Source of the DNA: Thermoanaerobaculia bacterium
GTDB lineage: Bacteria > Acidobacteriota > Thermoanaerobaculia > Multivoradales > Multivoraceae
Direction: 5' to 3'
Length of the DNA: 64,000 bases
NCBI GenBank assembly: GCA_963666565.1
Contig: OY762911.1
Span: 3,360,001 to 3,424,000 of the forward strand
Of the stretch, positions 31,834 through 40,536 are shown one piece after another (the stretch's first letter is position 1; every line of letters starts with the position of its first letter). Both the position numbers and the translations under genes were made by a program. The notes under the pieces were generated by a model. The model was given only the letters and a program-made list of their open reading frames with translations, was not told where the DNA came from and did not search any database.

Positions 31834-32894
31834 CCTCTCCCGGCGACAGCGACGGCGCCGTCCCCCACGACCTGCTGGAGGCGTTCCGCTCCGGCGGGCG
31901 CTTCCTCCTCTCGAGCCACCAGCATCCCGACGGCGACGCGATCGGCTCGGAGGTGGCGCTCGCCCGGCTCCTGCGCGGGCTTGGCAGCTCCGCCGCCATC
32001 TGGAACGCGGATCCGGCCCCGAACAACTACGCGGGCGTGACCGCCGGCGCGGCGATTCACGTGGGGCCGGCGCCGCCGGCCGGCTTTCCGGAGGAGTTCG
32101 ACTTCGCCGTGCCGCTCGAGTGCCCGCAACTCGACCGCACAGGCCTGGAGGACGCGCTCGGCCGGCTGCCGATCCTGAACATCGATCACCACCCGGGCAA
32201 CCGGCTCTACGGCCGCGCCAACTGGGTCGACACGAAGGCGCCCGCGGTGGCCGAGATGGTCATGCGCCTGGCGGCGGCGCTCGACGCGGACATCGACGAG
32301 ACGACCGCCACGGCGCTGTACCTCGGCCTGTCGACCGACACCGGCAGCTTCCGGTTCTCGAACGCGACGCCGCGGGCCTTCGAGGCGGCGGCCGAACTCG
32401 TGCGCCTCGGCGCCCGCCCGGAGAAGGTGGCCGGCTGGGTCTACGAGTCCCGGTCTCCGGGCGCGGTGCGGCTGCTGGCCGAGATGCTCGGAACGCTGGA
32501 ACTACACCGCGGCGGCCGGGTCGCAAGCGCGCGCCTGGAACTCCCGATGTTCGAGCGCGCCGGAGCCGACCGGACGGACTCCGAGGGCCTGATCGACCAC
32601 CCGCGCTCGATCCGCGGCGTCGAGGCCGTCGCGCTCTTCCGGGAGCGGCCGGAGGGAGACGTCAAGGTGTCGCTCCGGAGCCGGGGAACGATCGACGTCA
32701 GCGCCGTGGCGGCCCGGCGCGGCGGCGGCGGCCACCGCAACGCGGCCGGCTGCCTGATCGAGGGCCGGGAGGCCGAGCGTGCCGTGCTCGCCGAACTCGG
32801 GGCCGCCGTGGAGACCGAGGCAGCCGAGACCGAGGCGGCCGCGACGACCGGCGCGGACGAACCGCACGTAGCGGCGGGCGAGGCGACCCGATGA
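31830..32894 (+). CDS. nrnA: DHH family oligoribonuclease/PAP phosphatase NrnA
   Basis: HPDGDAIGS, IDHH, TDTGSF, GGGHRNAAG. Confidence 0.9.
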   Translation: MTSPGDSDGAVPHDLLEAFRSGGRFLLSSHQHPDGDAIGSEVALARLLRGLGSSAAIWNADPAPNNYAGVTAGAAIHVGPAPPAGFPEEFDFAVPLECPQLDRTGLEDALGRLPILNIDHHPGNRLYGRANWVDTKAPAVAEMVMRLAAALDADIDETTATALYLGLSTDTGSFRFSNATPRAFEAAAELVRLGARPEKVAGWVYESRSPGAVRLLAEMLGTLELHRGGRVASARLELPMFERAGADRTDSEGLIDHPRSIRGVEAVALFRERPEGDVKVSLRSRGTIDVSAVAARRGGGGHRNAAGCLIEGREAERAVLAELGAAVETEAAETEAAATTGADEPHVAAGEATR

Positions 32895-33838
32895 CTTCCG
32901 GCGCCGAACGTCACGGCCTGCTGCTCGTCGACAAGCGGCCCGGCGGCACGTCCCATGACGTGGTCCGGACCGCGAGGCGGGCGCTCGGCGAACGAAAGAT
33001 CGGCCACTGCGGCACCCTCGACCCGAACGCTACGGGCCTGCTGCTCCTGACCGTCGGCCGGGGCACCCGGCTGACGCGCTTTCTGATCCAGGCGCCCAAG
33101 GTCTACGAGGGCGAGATCCGGTTCGGCGCGGCCACCGACACCTACGACGCGGCGGGCGAGACGACGTCCGAGGGCTCGACCGACGGACTGACGCCGGAGC
33201 AGGTGGCCGAGGCGATGAAGGAGTTCGAGGGGCCGCAGCACCAATTGCCGCCCCCCTACTCCGCCAAGAAGATCGGCGGCCGGAAGTACTACGAACTCGC
33301 CCGCCGGGGGCAGGACTTCGAGCGCCAGGGCAAGGACGTCGAGATCTACGAGTTCGAGCCGCGCGGCGCGCTCGGCGATCCCGGGCCCGACCTGATCGCG
33401 TTCCGGCTGAGCTGCTCCACCGGCGCCTACGCGCGTTCGCTCGCCCACGACCTCGGCGAGCGCCTCGGCTGCGGCGGCCACCTGGCGACGCTCAGGCGCC
33501 TGCGGATCGGCACGTTCGAGGTCCGGGAAGCGATCGACCTCGAGCGGCTCGAGGAAGCCGCGCGGGCCGGGGAACCGTTCGAGACAGCGGAACTCGGTTC
33601 GGCCTGGGTGCCGTTCGACGAGATCCCGCTGCCCTTCCCCACGGCGCCGATGGACGCCGTCCAGGAGCAGCGGGTCGCCCACGGCCAGACCGTCCTGGCG
33701 CCGGCCCTCGACGCCGGCGAGGGCGACTGGGTCCGTCTCACGGACGGCCGCGGCCGTTTCCTCGCGGTCGCCACGGTGGCCGAGCGGATCGGCGACCGGG
33801 GCTTGACGGTCGTCCAGCCGAGGATCGTTTTCCGCTAG
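32891..33838 (+). CDS. truB: tRNA pseudouridine(55) synthase
   Basis: TSHDVV, GHCGTLDP, PPPYSAKK. Confidence 0.95.
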   Translation: MTSGAERHGLLLVDKRPGGTSHDVVRTARRALGERKIGHCGTLDPNATGLLLLTVGRGTRLTRFLIQAPKVYEGEIRFGAATDTYDAAGETTSEGSTDGLTPEQVAEAMKEFEGPQHQLPPPYSAKKIGGRKYYELARRGQDFERQGKDVEIYEFEPRGALGDPGPDLIAFRLSCSTGAYARSLAHDLGERLGCGGHLATLRRLRIGTFEVREAIDLERLEEAARAGEPFETAELGSAWVPFDEIPLPFPTAPMDAVQEQRVAHGQTVLAPALDAGEGDWVRLTDGRGRFLAVATVAERIGDRGLTVVQPRIVFR

Positions 33839-33845
33839 CCGCCCG

Positions 33846-33854
33846 TGCTACACT
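33846..33854 (+). promoter_or_regulatory. Putative extended -10 promoter of rpsO-pnp
   Basis: TG-C-TACACT just after the truB stop. Confidence 0.45.
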
Positions 33855-33955
33855 CCGCGCCGCGAAAGAACCGGGAACCACGAAGGAAACCGCAAGAAGG
33901 CGACACGAGAAAGAACAGCAGAACGGAACAAGCAGAGTCAGCGAGGAATCAGAGC

Positions 33956-34225
33956 GTGCCACAGACAACCGAAGTGAAGGACCAGATCATCCGGGACTTC
34001 CGTCTCCACGAGACGGACACCGGATCGCCCGAGGTCCAGGTCGCGCTGCTGACGAACCGCATCAACGAGCTCACCGAGCACTTCAAGGTCCACAAGCACG
34101 ACCACCACGGCCGGCGCGGCCTGCTGAAGCTGGTCGGACGGCGCCGGCGTCTGCTCGGCTACCTGCGCGACCAGAGCTTCGACCGCTACCGGACGACGAT
34201 CGAGCGTCTCGGCCTCCGCAGGTAG
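33956..34225 (+). CDS. rpsO: 30S ribosomal protein S15
   Basis: [25 protein letters not shown]; GTG start gives 89 aa. Confidence 0.96.
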   Translation: MPQTTEVKDQIIRDFRLHETDTGSPEVQVALLTNRINELTEHFKVHKHDHHGRRGLLKLVGRRRRLLGYLRDQSFDRYRTTIERLGLRR

Positions 34226-34425
34226 TCCCTGCGACGGTCGCGGCGCCCTGAACGGCGCCGCGCCCCGGAAAGAGACCCGCTCGGCCGCCCGCCCGGCGAC
34301 CGGACTCCAGGCGTTCCCACGCCGGAAGCCCCGCGTCCGCCAGGGAAGGCATGGACCCGGGAAGACATGAACCCGCCGGCAGAGGGCCGGCGGCGCACAC
34401 ACAGAGAAGGAAGCAAGAGACAAAC

Positions 34426-36711
34426 ATGAAGTTCACCAAGGACATCCCGATCGGGAACGCCACCCTGACCCTGGAATCCGGACGCCTGGCCAAACAGGCG
34501 AACGGTTCCTGCACCGTGCGGCTCGGCGAGACGATCGTCCTCACCACCGCCTGCATGGCGTCCGACAGCACGCCCCGCGGCTTTCTGCCCCTGACCGTCG
34601 ACTACCGCGAGTACACCTCGGCGGCCGGGCGGATTCCGGGCGGCTTCTTCAAGCGCGAGGGGCGGCCCTCCGAGAAGGAGATCATCACCTGCCGCCTGAC
34701 GGACCGGCCCCTGCGGCCGCTGTTCCCGTCCGGCTACTTCTTCGAGACCCAGATCATCAGCCTCGTGCTCTCCGCCGACCAGGAGAACGATCCGGACATT
34801 CTCGCCATCAACGGCGCGTCGACGGCCCTCGTGCTCTCCGACATCCCGTTCTACCACCCGGTCGGCGCCGTCCGGGTCGGCCTGATCGACGGCGAGATCG
34901 TGTTCAACCCGACCGGCGCCGAGCGCGACGTGTCCGACCTGGACCTGATCGTCGTCGGCACCGAGGACGCCGTGACGATGGTCGAGGCGGCCGCGAACCA
35001 GCTCGACGAGGACGTGATTCTCGACTGCATCTTCGCCGGCCACCGGGAACTCCAGAAGATCGTCCGCGCCCAGCAGGAGCTGTTCCGCGAGATGGACCTG
35101 GAGAAGCCCGACTGGGAGGCCCCCGAGGCCTACACGCCCGAGTTCCGGGCCGAGGTCGAAAACGCCATCTGGGACGACTTCACGGCGGCCCTGAACACGC
35201 CGGGCAAGTTCGAGCGCCGCGACGCGGTCAAGGCCGTCGTCAACGGGTTCGTCGAGAGCCTGCCCGAGGACGACGAGCGCCGGGACCAGGTCCGCAAGAT
35301 CGTCGGCGAACTCGAGGACAAGGCGCTCCGCGAGATCGTGATGAAGCAGGGCAAGCGCTTCGACAACCGGGCGCTCGACGAGGTCCGGCAGCTCGATACG
35401 GAGACCGGGCTGCTGCCCCGCGTCCACGGCTCGGCGCTGTTCCAGCGCGGCGAGACCCAGGCCCTGGCCTCGGTCACGCTCGGCACCCGGCGCGACGCCC
35501 AGATCGTCGAGGAGTACGAGGGGGAAACCCACCAGAAGTTCCTCCTCCACTACAACTTCCCGCCCTTCTCGGTGGGCGAGGTCCGTTTCCTGCGCGGCGC
35601 GAGCCGCCGCGAGATCGGGCATGGCGTGCTGGCGCGCCGGGCCCTGGTGCCGGTGCTCCCGCACGAGGAGGACTTCCCCTACACGGTGCGGGTCGTGTCG
35701 GAGATCCTGGAGTCGAACGGGTCGTCCTCGATGGCGACCGTCTGCTCCGGCTCGCTGGCGCTGTTCGACGCCGGCGTGCCGATGCTGGCGCCGGTCGCCG
35801 GCGTCGCGATGGGCCTGGTCAAGGATGGCGACGACTTCGCCGTCCTGACCGACATCGCCGGCCAGGAGGACCACCACGGCGACATGGACTTCAAGGTCGC
35901 CGGCACCCGCGGCGGCATCACGGCGCTGCAGATGGACATCAAGATCACGGGCGTGACGCGCGAGATCATGGGCCAGGCGCTGACCCAGGCTCGCGCCGGG
36001 CGGCTGCACATCCTGGACCACATGGCTGCCGAGATCGGCGAGCCGCGCGAGGAGATGTCGGACTACGCGCCGCGCCTGCACGTCATGCAGGTCGCCCGCG
36101 ACCGGATCCGCGACGTGATCGGACCGGGCGGCAAGACGATCCGCGGCATCACGGAGGAGACGGGCTGCCAGGTCGACATCGAGGACGACGGCCGCGTCGT
36201 CGTCGCGTCGCCCAACTCCACCGCGGCGGAGCGCGCGATCGCGATGATCGAGCGGCTCACCGAGGTGCCGGAGATCGACAAGGTCTACACCGGCCAGGTG
36301 CGCCGGGTGGAACCCTTCGGCGCGTTCGTCGAGATCCTCCCCGGCACGGACGGGCTGGTCCACATCAGCGAACTCGCGCCCTACCGGGTCGGCGAGATCG
36401 GCGACCTGGTTACCGAGGGCGACGAGATGACGGTCAAGGTCATCGACATCGACCCGTCCGGCAAGGTGCGGCTCTCCCGCAAGGCGGTCATCATGGACGC
36501 CCCCGACTTCGACCCGAAGGACTACGAGGGCATGGGCGTTCCGGCGCCGGCCGGCGGCGACCGCAGGGGCGGTCGCGGCGGTCCTGGCGGCCGCGGTGGG
36601 CGAGGTCGTCCCGGCGGACGCGGCGGCCGCGGCGGCGGCCCGGGCGGACGTGGCGGCCGGGGACGGCGTCCCCGTCCCGGCGGCGGCGGTCGCGGACCGC
36701 GCCGCGACTAG
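34426..36711 (+). CDS. pnp: Polyribonucleotide nucleotidyltransferase
   Basis: GGFFKREGRP, RREIGHG, ESNGSSSMA, DMDFKVAG, KH and S1 domains. Confidence 0.97.
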   Translation: MKFTKDIPIGNATLTLESGRLAKQANGSCTVRLGETIVLTTACMASDSTPRGFLPLTVDYREYTSAAGRIPGGFFKREGRPSEKEIITCRLTDRPLRPLFPSGYFFETQIISLVLSADQENDPDILAINGASTALVLSDIPFYHPVGAVRVGLIDGEIVFNPTGAERDVSDLDLIVVGTEDAVTMVEAAANQLDEDVILDCIFAGHRELQKIVRAQQELFREMDLEKPDWEAPEAYTPEFRAEVENAIWDDFTAALNTPGKFERRDAVKAVVNGFVESLPEDDERRDQVRKIVGELEDKALREIVMKQGKRFDNRALDEVRQLDTETGLLPRVHGSALFQRGETQALASVTLGTRRDAQIVEEYEGETHQKFLLHYNFPPFSVGEVRFLRGASRREIGHGVLARRALVPVLPHEEDFPYTVRVVSEILESNGSSSMATVCSGSLALFDAGVPMLAPVAGVAMGLVKDGDDFAVLTDIAGQEDHHGDMDFKVAGTRGGITALQMDIKITGVTREIMGQALTQARAGRLHILDHMAAEIGEPREEMSDYAPRLHVMQVARDRIRDVIGPGGKTIRGITEETGCQVDIEDDGRVVVASPNSTAAERAIAMIERLTEVPEIDKVYTGQVRRVEPFGAFVEILPGTDGLVHISELAPYRVGEIGDLVTEGDEMTVKVIDIDPSGKVRLSRKAVIMDAPDFDPKDYEGMGVPAPAGGDRRGGRGGPGGRGGRGRPGGRGGRGGGPGGRGGRGRRPRPGGGGRGPRRD

Positions 36712-36732
36712 GCGCGGATCGGCGCGCGGGTC

Positions 36733-36803
36733 GGTGCGCGGGTCTTCTGACCCGCTGCCGCCGAAGGCGGCCAGAAAACGCGCCGGCCGAAGGCCGGCTC
36801 CAC
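36733..36803 (+). repeat. Extended family B REP-like unit (~71 bp)
   Basis: Near-identical inverted copy at 38374-38449; first ~40 bp also at 15200-15240. Confidence 0.85.
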
Positions 36804-36840
36804 CGTGGCGGCGCCGCCAGGAGGCGCACCCGTCCGGGCC

Positions 36841-36959
36841 GGCGTCCGGGCGAGGACTGTCGGCCGCTGCGGGACGTTTGCGGGGTTGTACCCGCCGGCC
36901 GGCTGAACGTCGTGCGCTGACGACCTCACGGTTGGCGCTTGCGTCCTCGCCCGGACACC
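36841..36959. repeat. Hairpin enclosing a minimal family A unit
   Basis: Arms GGCGTCCGGGCGAGGAC / GTCCTCGCCCGGACACC; the loop holds CGTTCAGCC-GGCC-GGCGGGTACAAC (- strand, 36885-36909). Confidence 0.7.
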
Positions 36960-37125
36960 GTCGCGGACTGGTCGTCGTCGGACTGCGGAGGTCGGCTCGT
37001 GGCTCCCGCCGGAAGCTGAACGGTCGGGCGGCGGTAGACGGGACGGCGGGCCAGGAGGTTCCCGAAACGCCGGAGGCGATGCTGACGGTGGTGTCGGCCG
37101 GCCGACTTGCCTCGGACAGCGAAAG

Positions 37126-38343
37126 TCAGTCGGCTGCGGCGCGCAGGGCGGCGCGGTAGACGTCGCGGAAGGGGACGTCTCGCTCACGGGCGATACGGCG
37201 GACGTCTTCGTACTCGGGGCCTGGCCCGAGAGAGCGGCCGGCGACGGTGGCGCGCTTGACCTTGACGTCGCCGTAGGGCGTCGTCACCGTGGAGATCGAG
37301 CGCGCGGCCTCCAGGCGGTCGACGATGGTACGGCGGCAACCCAGGGAGCCGGTTTCCAGGAGGAGGCGTTCGGCCAGGCGGGAGGACTGCTCCGGGCGGC
37401 AGATGACGGTCAGGGCTACTCCGGGGCGGGACTTCTTCATCTGCACGGCGGTGGCGAAGACGTCGAGAGCGCCGGTTTCGAGCAGGGACTCCGCGGCCTG
37501 GCCGATCGTCTCGCCCGTGGCGTCGTCGACTTGGCATTCCAGGACGGCGACCTGGCGCCACGGACCACCGGCGGTGACCAGGGGCGTCGTCCGCTGTAGG
37601 CGCAGGGCGTTGGGACGGTCGGGCACTTCCCGGCTGCCCAGGCCGATCCCGAGACCTTCGATCCGCCGCGGCGTTTCCGCGGCGAACGGCTCGAACTCGT
37701 CGACGAGTTCCCGAACGATGACGGCGCCGGTCGGCGTCGTGAATTCGCCCGCGACGCTGCCTGAGACGATCGGAACACCCTGGAGCAGGAGTGCCGTCGC
37801 GGGCGCCGGCACGGGCATCACGCCGTGGCGAGTCGACACCGTGCCGCTACCCACCACGATGGCCGACGACGAGACCCGGACCGGGCCGAAGCGCTCGAAC
37901 GCGACCGCCGCGCCGACCAGATCGACGATGGAGTCGTCCGCGCCGACCTCGTGGAAGTGAACCTCATCGAGGCCGACCCCGTGGACCTCGGCCTCCGCCT
38001 CCCCCAGCCGCCGGAACAGCGCCGAGGCGCGCTCGACGGCGCCCTGATCGAGGCCGCTCCCTTCGATCATGCGCAGAATCGTCGACAGACTCCGATGCGA
38101 AGCGCCCTCGCCGCCACTCCCCTCGACCGGACGCCCGTCCCGCAGCACGGAGAACCGGACTCCGGCCAAGCCGCCCCGCTTCGACCGCTCCGCCTGCAGT
38201 TCGACTCCCGGAAGTCCCAGCCGTTCGACCATCTCTTCAAGCAGTGCCATTGGCAATCCGAGGTCCAGGCACGCTCCCAGGAACATGTCCCCGGAGATCC
38301 CGCTCGGGCAATCCAGGTGCAGATGAAACGGACCGTCCGTCAT
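37126..38343 (-). CDS. larC: Nickel pincer cofactor biosynthesis protein LarC
   Basis: DCPSGISGDMFLGA, HFHEVGADDSIVD, PVPAPAT, TPTGA, MKKSRPG, PEYED. Confidence 0.92.
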   Translation of the reverse strand: MTDGPFHLHLDCPSGISGDMFLGACLDLGLPMALLEEMVERLGLPGVELQAERSKRGGLAGVRFSVLRDGRPVEGSGGEGASHRSLSTILRMIEGSGLDQGAVERASALFRRLGEAEAEVHGVGLDEVHFHEVGADDSIVDLVGAAVAFERFGPVRVSSSAIVVGSGTVSTRHGVMPVPAPATALLLQGVPIVSGSVAGEFTTPTGAVIVRELVDEFEPFAAETPRRIEGLGIGLGSREVPDRPNALRLQRTTPLVTAGGPWRQVAVLECQVDDATGETIGQAAESLLETGALDVFATAVQMKKSRPGVALTVICRPEQSSRLAERLLLETGSLGCRRTIVDRLEAARSISTVTTPYGDVKVKRATVAGRSLGPGPEYEDVRRIARERDVPFRDVYRAALRAAAD

Positions 38344-38373
38344 GGGAGGGACCCTAGCAATCCGAACGTAGTA

Positions 38374-38484
38374 GTGGAGCCGGCCTTGCGGGCGGCGCAA
38401 GTTTCCGGCCGCCTTCGGCGGGAGCGGGTCAGAAGACCCGCGCACCCAGCAGGCGGCAGCCGGCGGGGACGCCGGCGTACCCAG
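38374..38484. repeat. Family B REP-like units
   Basis: 38374-38449 is the inverted copy of 36733-36803; GCCGGC-GGGGAC-GCCGGC-GTACCCAG at 38459-38484. Confidence 0.85.
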
Positions 38485-38558
38485 TGTGCGAACAACTCGC
38501 CATCGGAGACGACCTGCGGCCGGCGCGGCTCCGGCGCCGCGTACCGCCGACCTGAATA

Positions 38559-38744
38559 CGTCCAGCCAGCCGGGGGCCGAAGGAGGGGTCCCAGGGGGCT
38601 GGAGGCAACCGACTCCCCGCGCCGTTCCATGAACCGGCGCCGAGGCGAAGGGCAGCCGACCGAAGCGAGCGCCAACTTCCCTTGAACCGAGAAGGCGCGA
38701 GCGTCCCCTGGGACCCCCTCCTTCGGCCCCCGGCTGGCGGGTGC
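38559..38744 (+). repeat. ~186-bp hairpin element (family A), copy 3
   Basis: Arms 38565-38597 / 38705-38738 (one indel); begins CGTCCAGCC, ends GGCGGGTGC; shared core. Confidence 0.85.
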
Positions 38745-38804
38745 GCCCCCGGCAGCCGCCTCGCGCCTCGGCGGCCAGCGCCAGCCCAGGCTGGCGGGTA
38801 CAAC

Positions 38805-39527
38805 TCACAACAGCCGCCGTTCGCGCATCGACGTCCAGCGCCGGCCGCCGGCGAGGACGAGGTGGTCGACGAGGTCGACGCCGACCGCGGACGCGGCGCG
38901 GGAGAGGCGGCGGGTGAAGGCGACGTCTTCGGGGCTGGGTTCCGGGTCGCCGCTCGGGTGGTTGTGGAAGACGACCACCGCGGTCGCGCCGAGACGGAGC
39001 GCTTCCTTGAGGACGGCCCGGGGTTCGACGGAGGTGCGGTCCAGGCCGCCGACGAAGTGTTCGCGCTCGGCGATGATCCGGCCGCGGACGTCGGTGTAGA
39101 TCGCTCCCATCGCCTCCTGGTCGAAGCGCGCGTAGCGGAGGTTGAGGTAGCGGGCGACCGACGCGACGTCGCCCAGCGGCTTCCGCTCCGGCAGTTGCGC
39201 CCGCGCCAGCCGCCGGGCCAGTTCGACCGCGGCCAGGACGGTGGCCGCCTTGGCATCGCCCAGACCCTTGCGGCGCAACGACGGCAGATCGTGCTCCACC
39301 AGCAGGCCGAGCGCGGGCAGGCCGCCCAGCCCCCGGCCCTCGTCGTAGAGCAAGTCGCGCGCGAGCTCGAGTACGGAGAAGCCGCGGTGACCGGTCCGCA
39401 GCAGAATGGCGACGAGTTCGGAGTCGGTCAGGACGCCGGGCCCGTGCGCGAGCAGCCGCTCGCGCGGACGTTCCTCTGCCGGGACTTCGCGGAGCGTGCC
39501 GGCGGTCGGCGGGGTGTTCGGGCGCAT
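38805..39527 (-). CDS. radC: RadC family JAB-domain protein
   Basis: ERPRERLL...LTDSELVAILLRTG, HNHPSGDPEPSPED. Confidence 0.93.
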   Translation of the reverse strand: MRPNTPPTAGTLREVPAEERPRERLLAHGPGVLTDSELVAILLRTGHRGFSVLELARDLLYDEGRGLGGLPALGLLVEHDLPSLRRKGLGDAKAATVLAAVELARRLARAQLPERKPLGDVASVARYLNLRYARFDQEAMGAIYTDVRGRIIAEREHFVGGLDRTSVEPRAVLKEALRLGATAVVVFHNHPSGDPEPSPEDVAFTRRLSRAASAVGVDLVDHLVLAGGRRWTSMRERRLL

Positions 39528-39596
39528 CGGTCCTCCTGTGGACCTAGACGGATCCGGCGCCGGAAAGCCAGTCTTCGCTGGTACGCTGCCGCGGCC

Positions 39597-40529
39597 ATGC
39601 GCGGACTCGACCTGCCCGCGTTTCTGAGACTCGACGCGCCTGCCCGGGAACCCGCCGTCTCGGTGCTTCCCGTTCCCTACGAGCGGACGACCTCCTGGGG
39701 ACAAGGCGCCGTGAACGGACCGGCCGCCCTGCTGCAGGCGTCTCACTACGTCGAGCTCTACGACGAGGAACTGGAGGTCGAGCCGTGCCGCATCGGCATC
39801 GAGACGCTGCCGCCGGTGGACGTAGACGGCAGCGACGGGTCCGTCCTGCGACGCATCAGCGCCGCCGTCGAGGCCGCGCTTCGCAACGGACGGTTCCCGG
39901 CAGCCCTCGGCGGCGAGCACACGGTGACGCCGGCCCTGGTGCGGGGCGCGCTCGACGCCGGCGCCTCCAACCTGGGCACGCCCGACGCCGGCGCTGCCGG
40001 CCTCGGCGTGGTCCAGTTCGACGCCCACGCGGATCTCCGCCAGACCTATGGCGGCACGGCCTGGAACCATGCCTGCGCCATGAGCCGCGTGCTGGATCTC
40101 GGTTTGCCGACGCTGGCCGTCGGCATCCGTTCGCTGACCCGGCCGGAGGCCGCGCGGATAGCGAACGAGCGTCTCCCGATCGTCTGGGCGGAGCAGCTCG
40201 ACGCCCTTCCCCGGCCGGAACTCGAAGCCCTGTTCGAAGGGCTCCTGGCTTCGCTTCCCGAGACGGTGTATCTGACCTTCGACCTCGACTTCTTCGATCC
40301 GTCCGTGTTGCCGGCGACCGGAACGCCCGAGCCGGGGGGCGGCGACTGGTATCAGGCGCTGGCGCTGCTGCGCCGGCTGTTCGACCGCAAGCGGGTGATC
40401 GCGATGGACATCGTCGAGCTGGCGCCGATCCCCGGCAACCCGGCCAGCGACTTCACCGCCGCCAAACTGCTCTACAAGTGCATCGGCTACCGCTTTCGGC
40501 GGCAACTGGCCGGAATGGCCGACGCCTGA
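39597..40529 (+). CDS. speB: Agmatinase (ureohydrolase family)
   Basis: GGEH, DAHAD, DLDFFDP, GTPEPGG. Confidence 0.88.
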   Translation: MRGLDLPAFLRLDAPAREPAVSVLPVPYERTTSWGQGAVNGPAALLQASHYVELYDEELEVEPCRIGIETLPPVDVDGSDGSVLRRISAAVEAALRNGRFPAALGGEHTVTPALVRGALDAGASNLGTPDAGAAGLGVVQFDAHADLRQTYGGTAWNHACAMSRVLDLGLPTLAVGIRSLTRPEAARIANERLPIVWAEQLDALPRPELEALFEGLLASLPETVYLTFDLDFFDPSVLPATGTPEPGGGDWYQALALLRRLFDRKRVIAMDIVELAPIPGNPASDFTAAKLLYKCIGYRFRRQLAGMADA

Positions 40530-40536
40530 ATCTCCG

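Noticed and set aside
36596-37187. ORFs in the pnp-larC gap
   Set aside because: They overlap repeats and neighbouring genes and have no motifs.
38805-39527. radC as a marker of an integrative element
   Set aside because: Full-length chromosomal type with N-terminal domain; no integrase or conjugation genes nearby.
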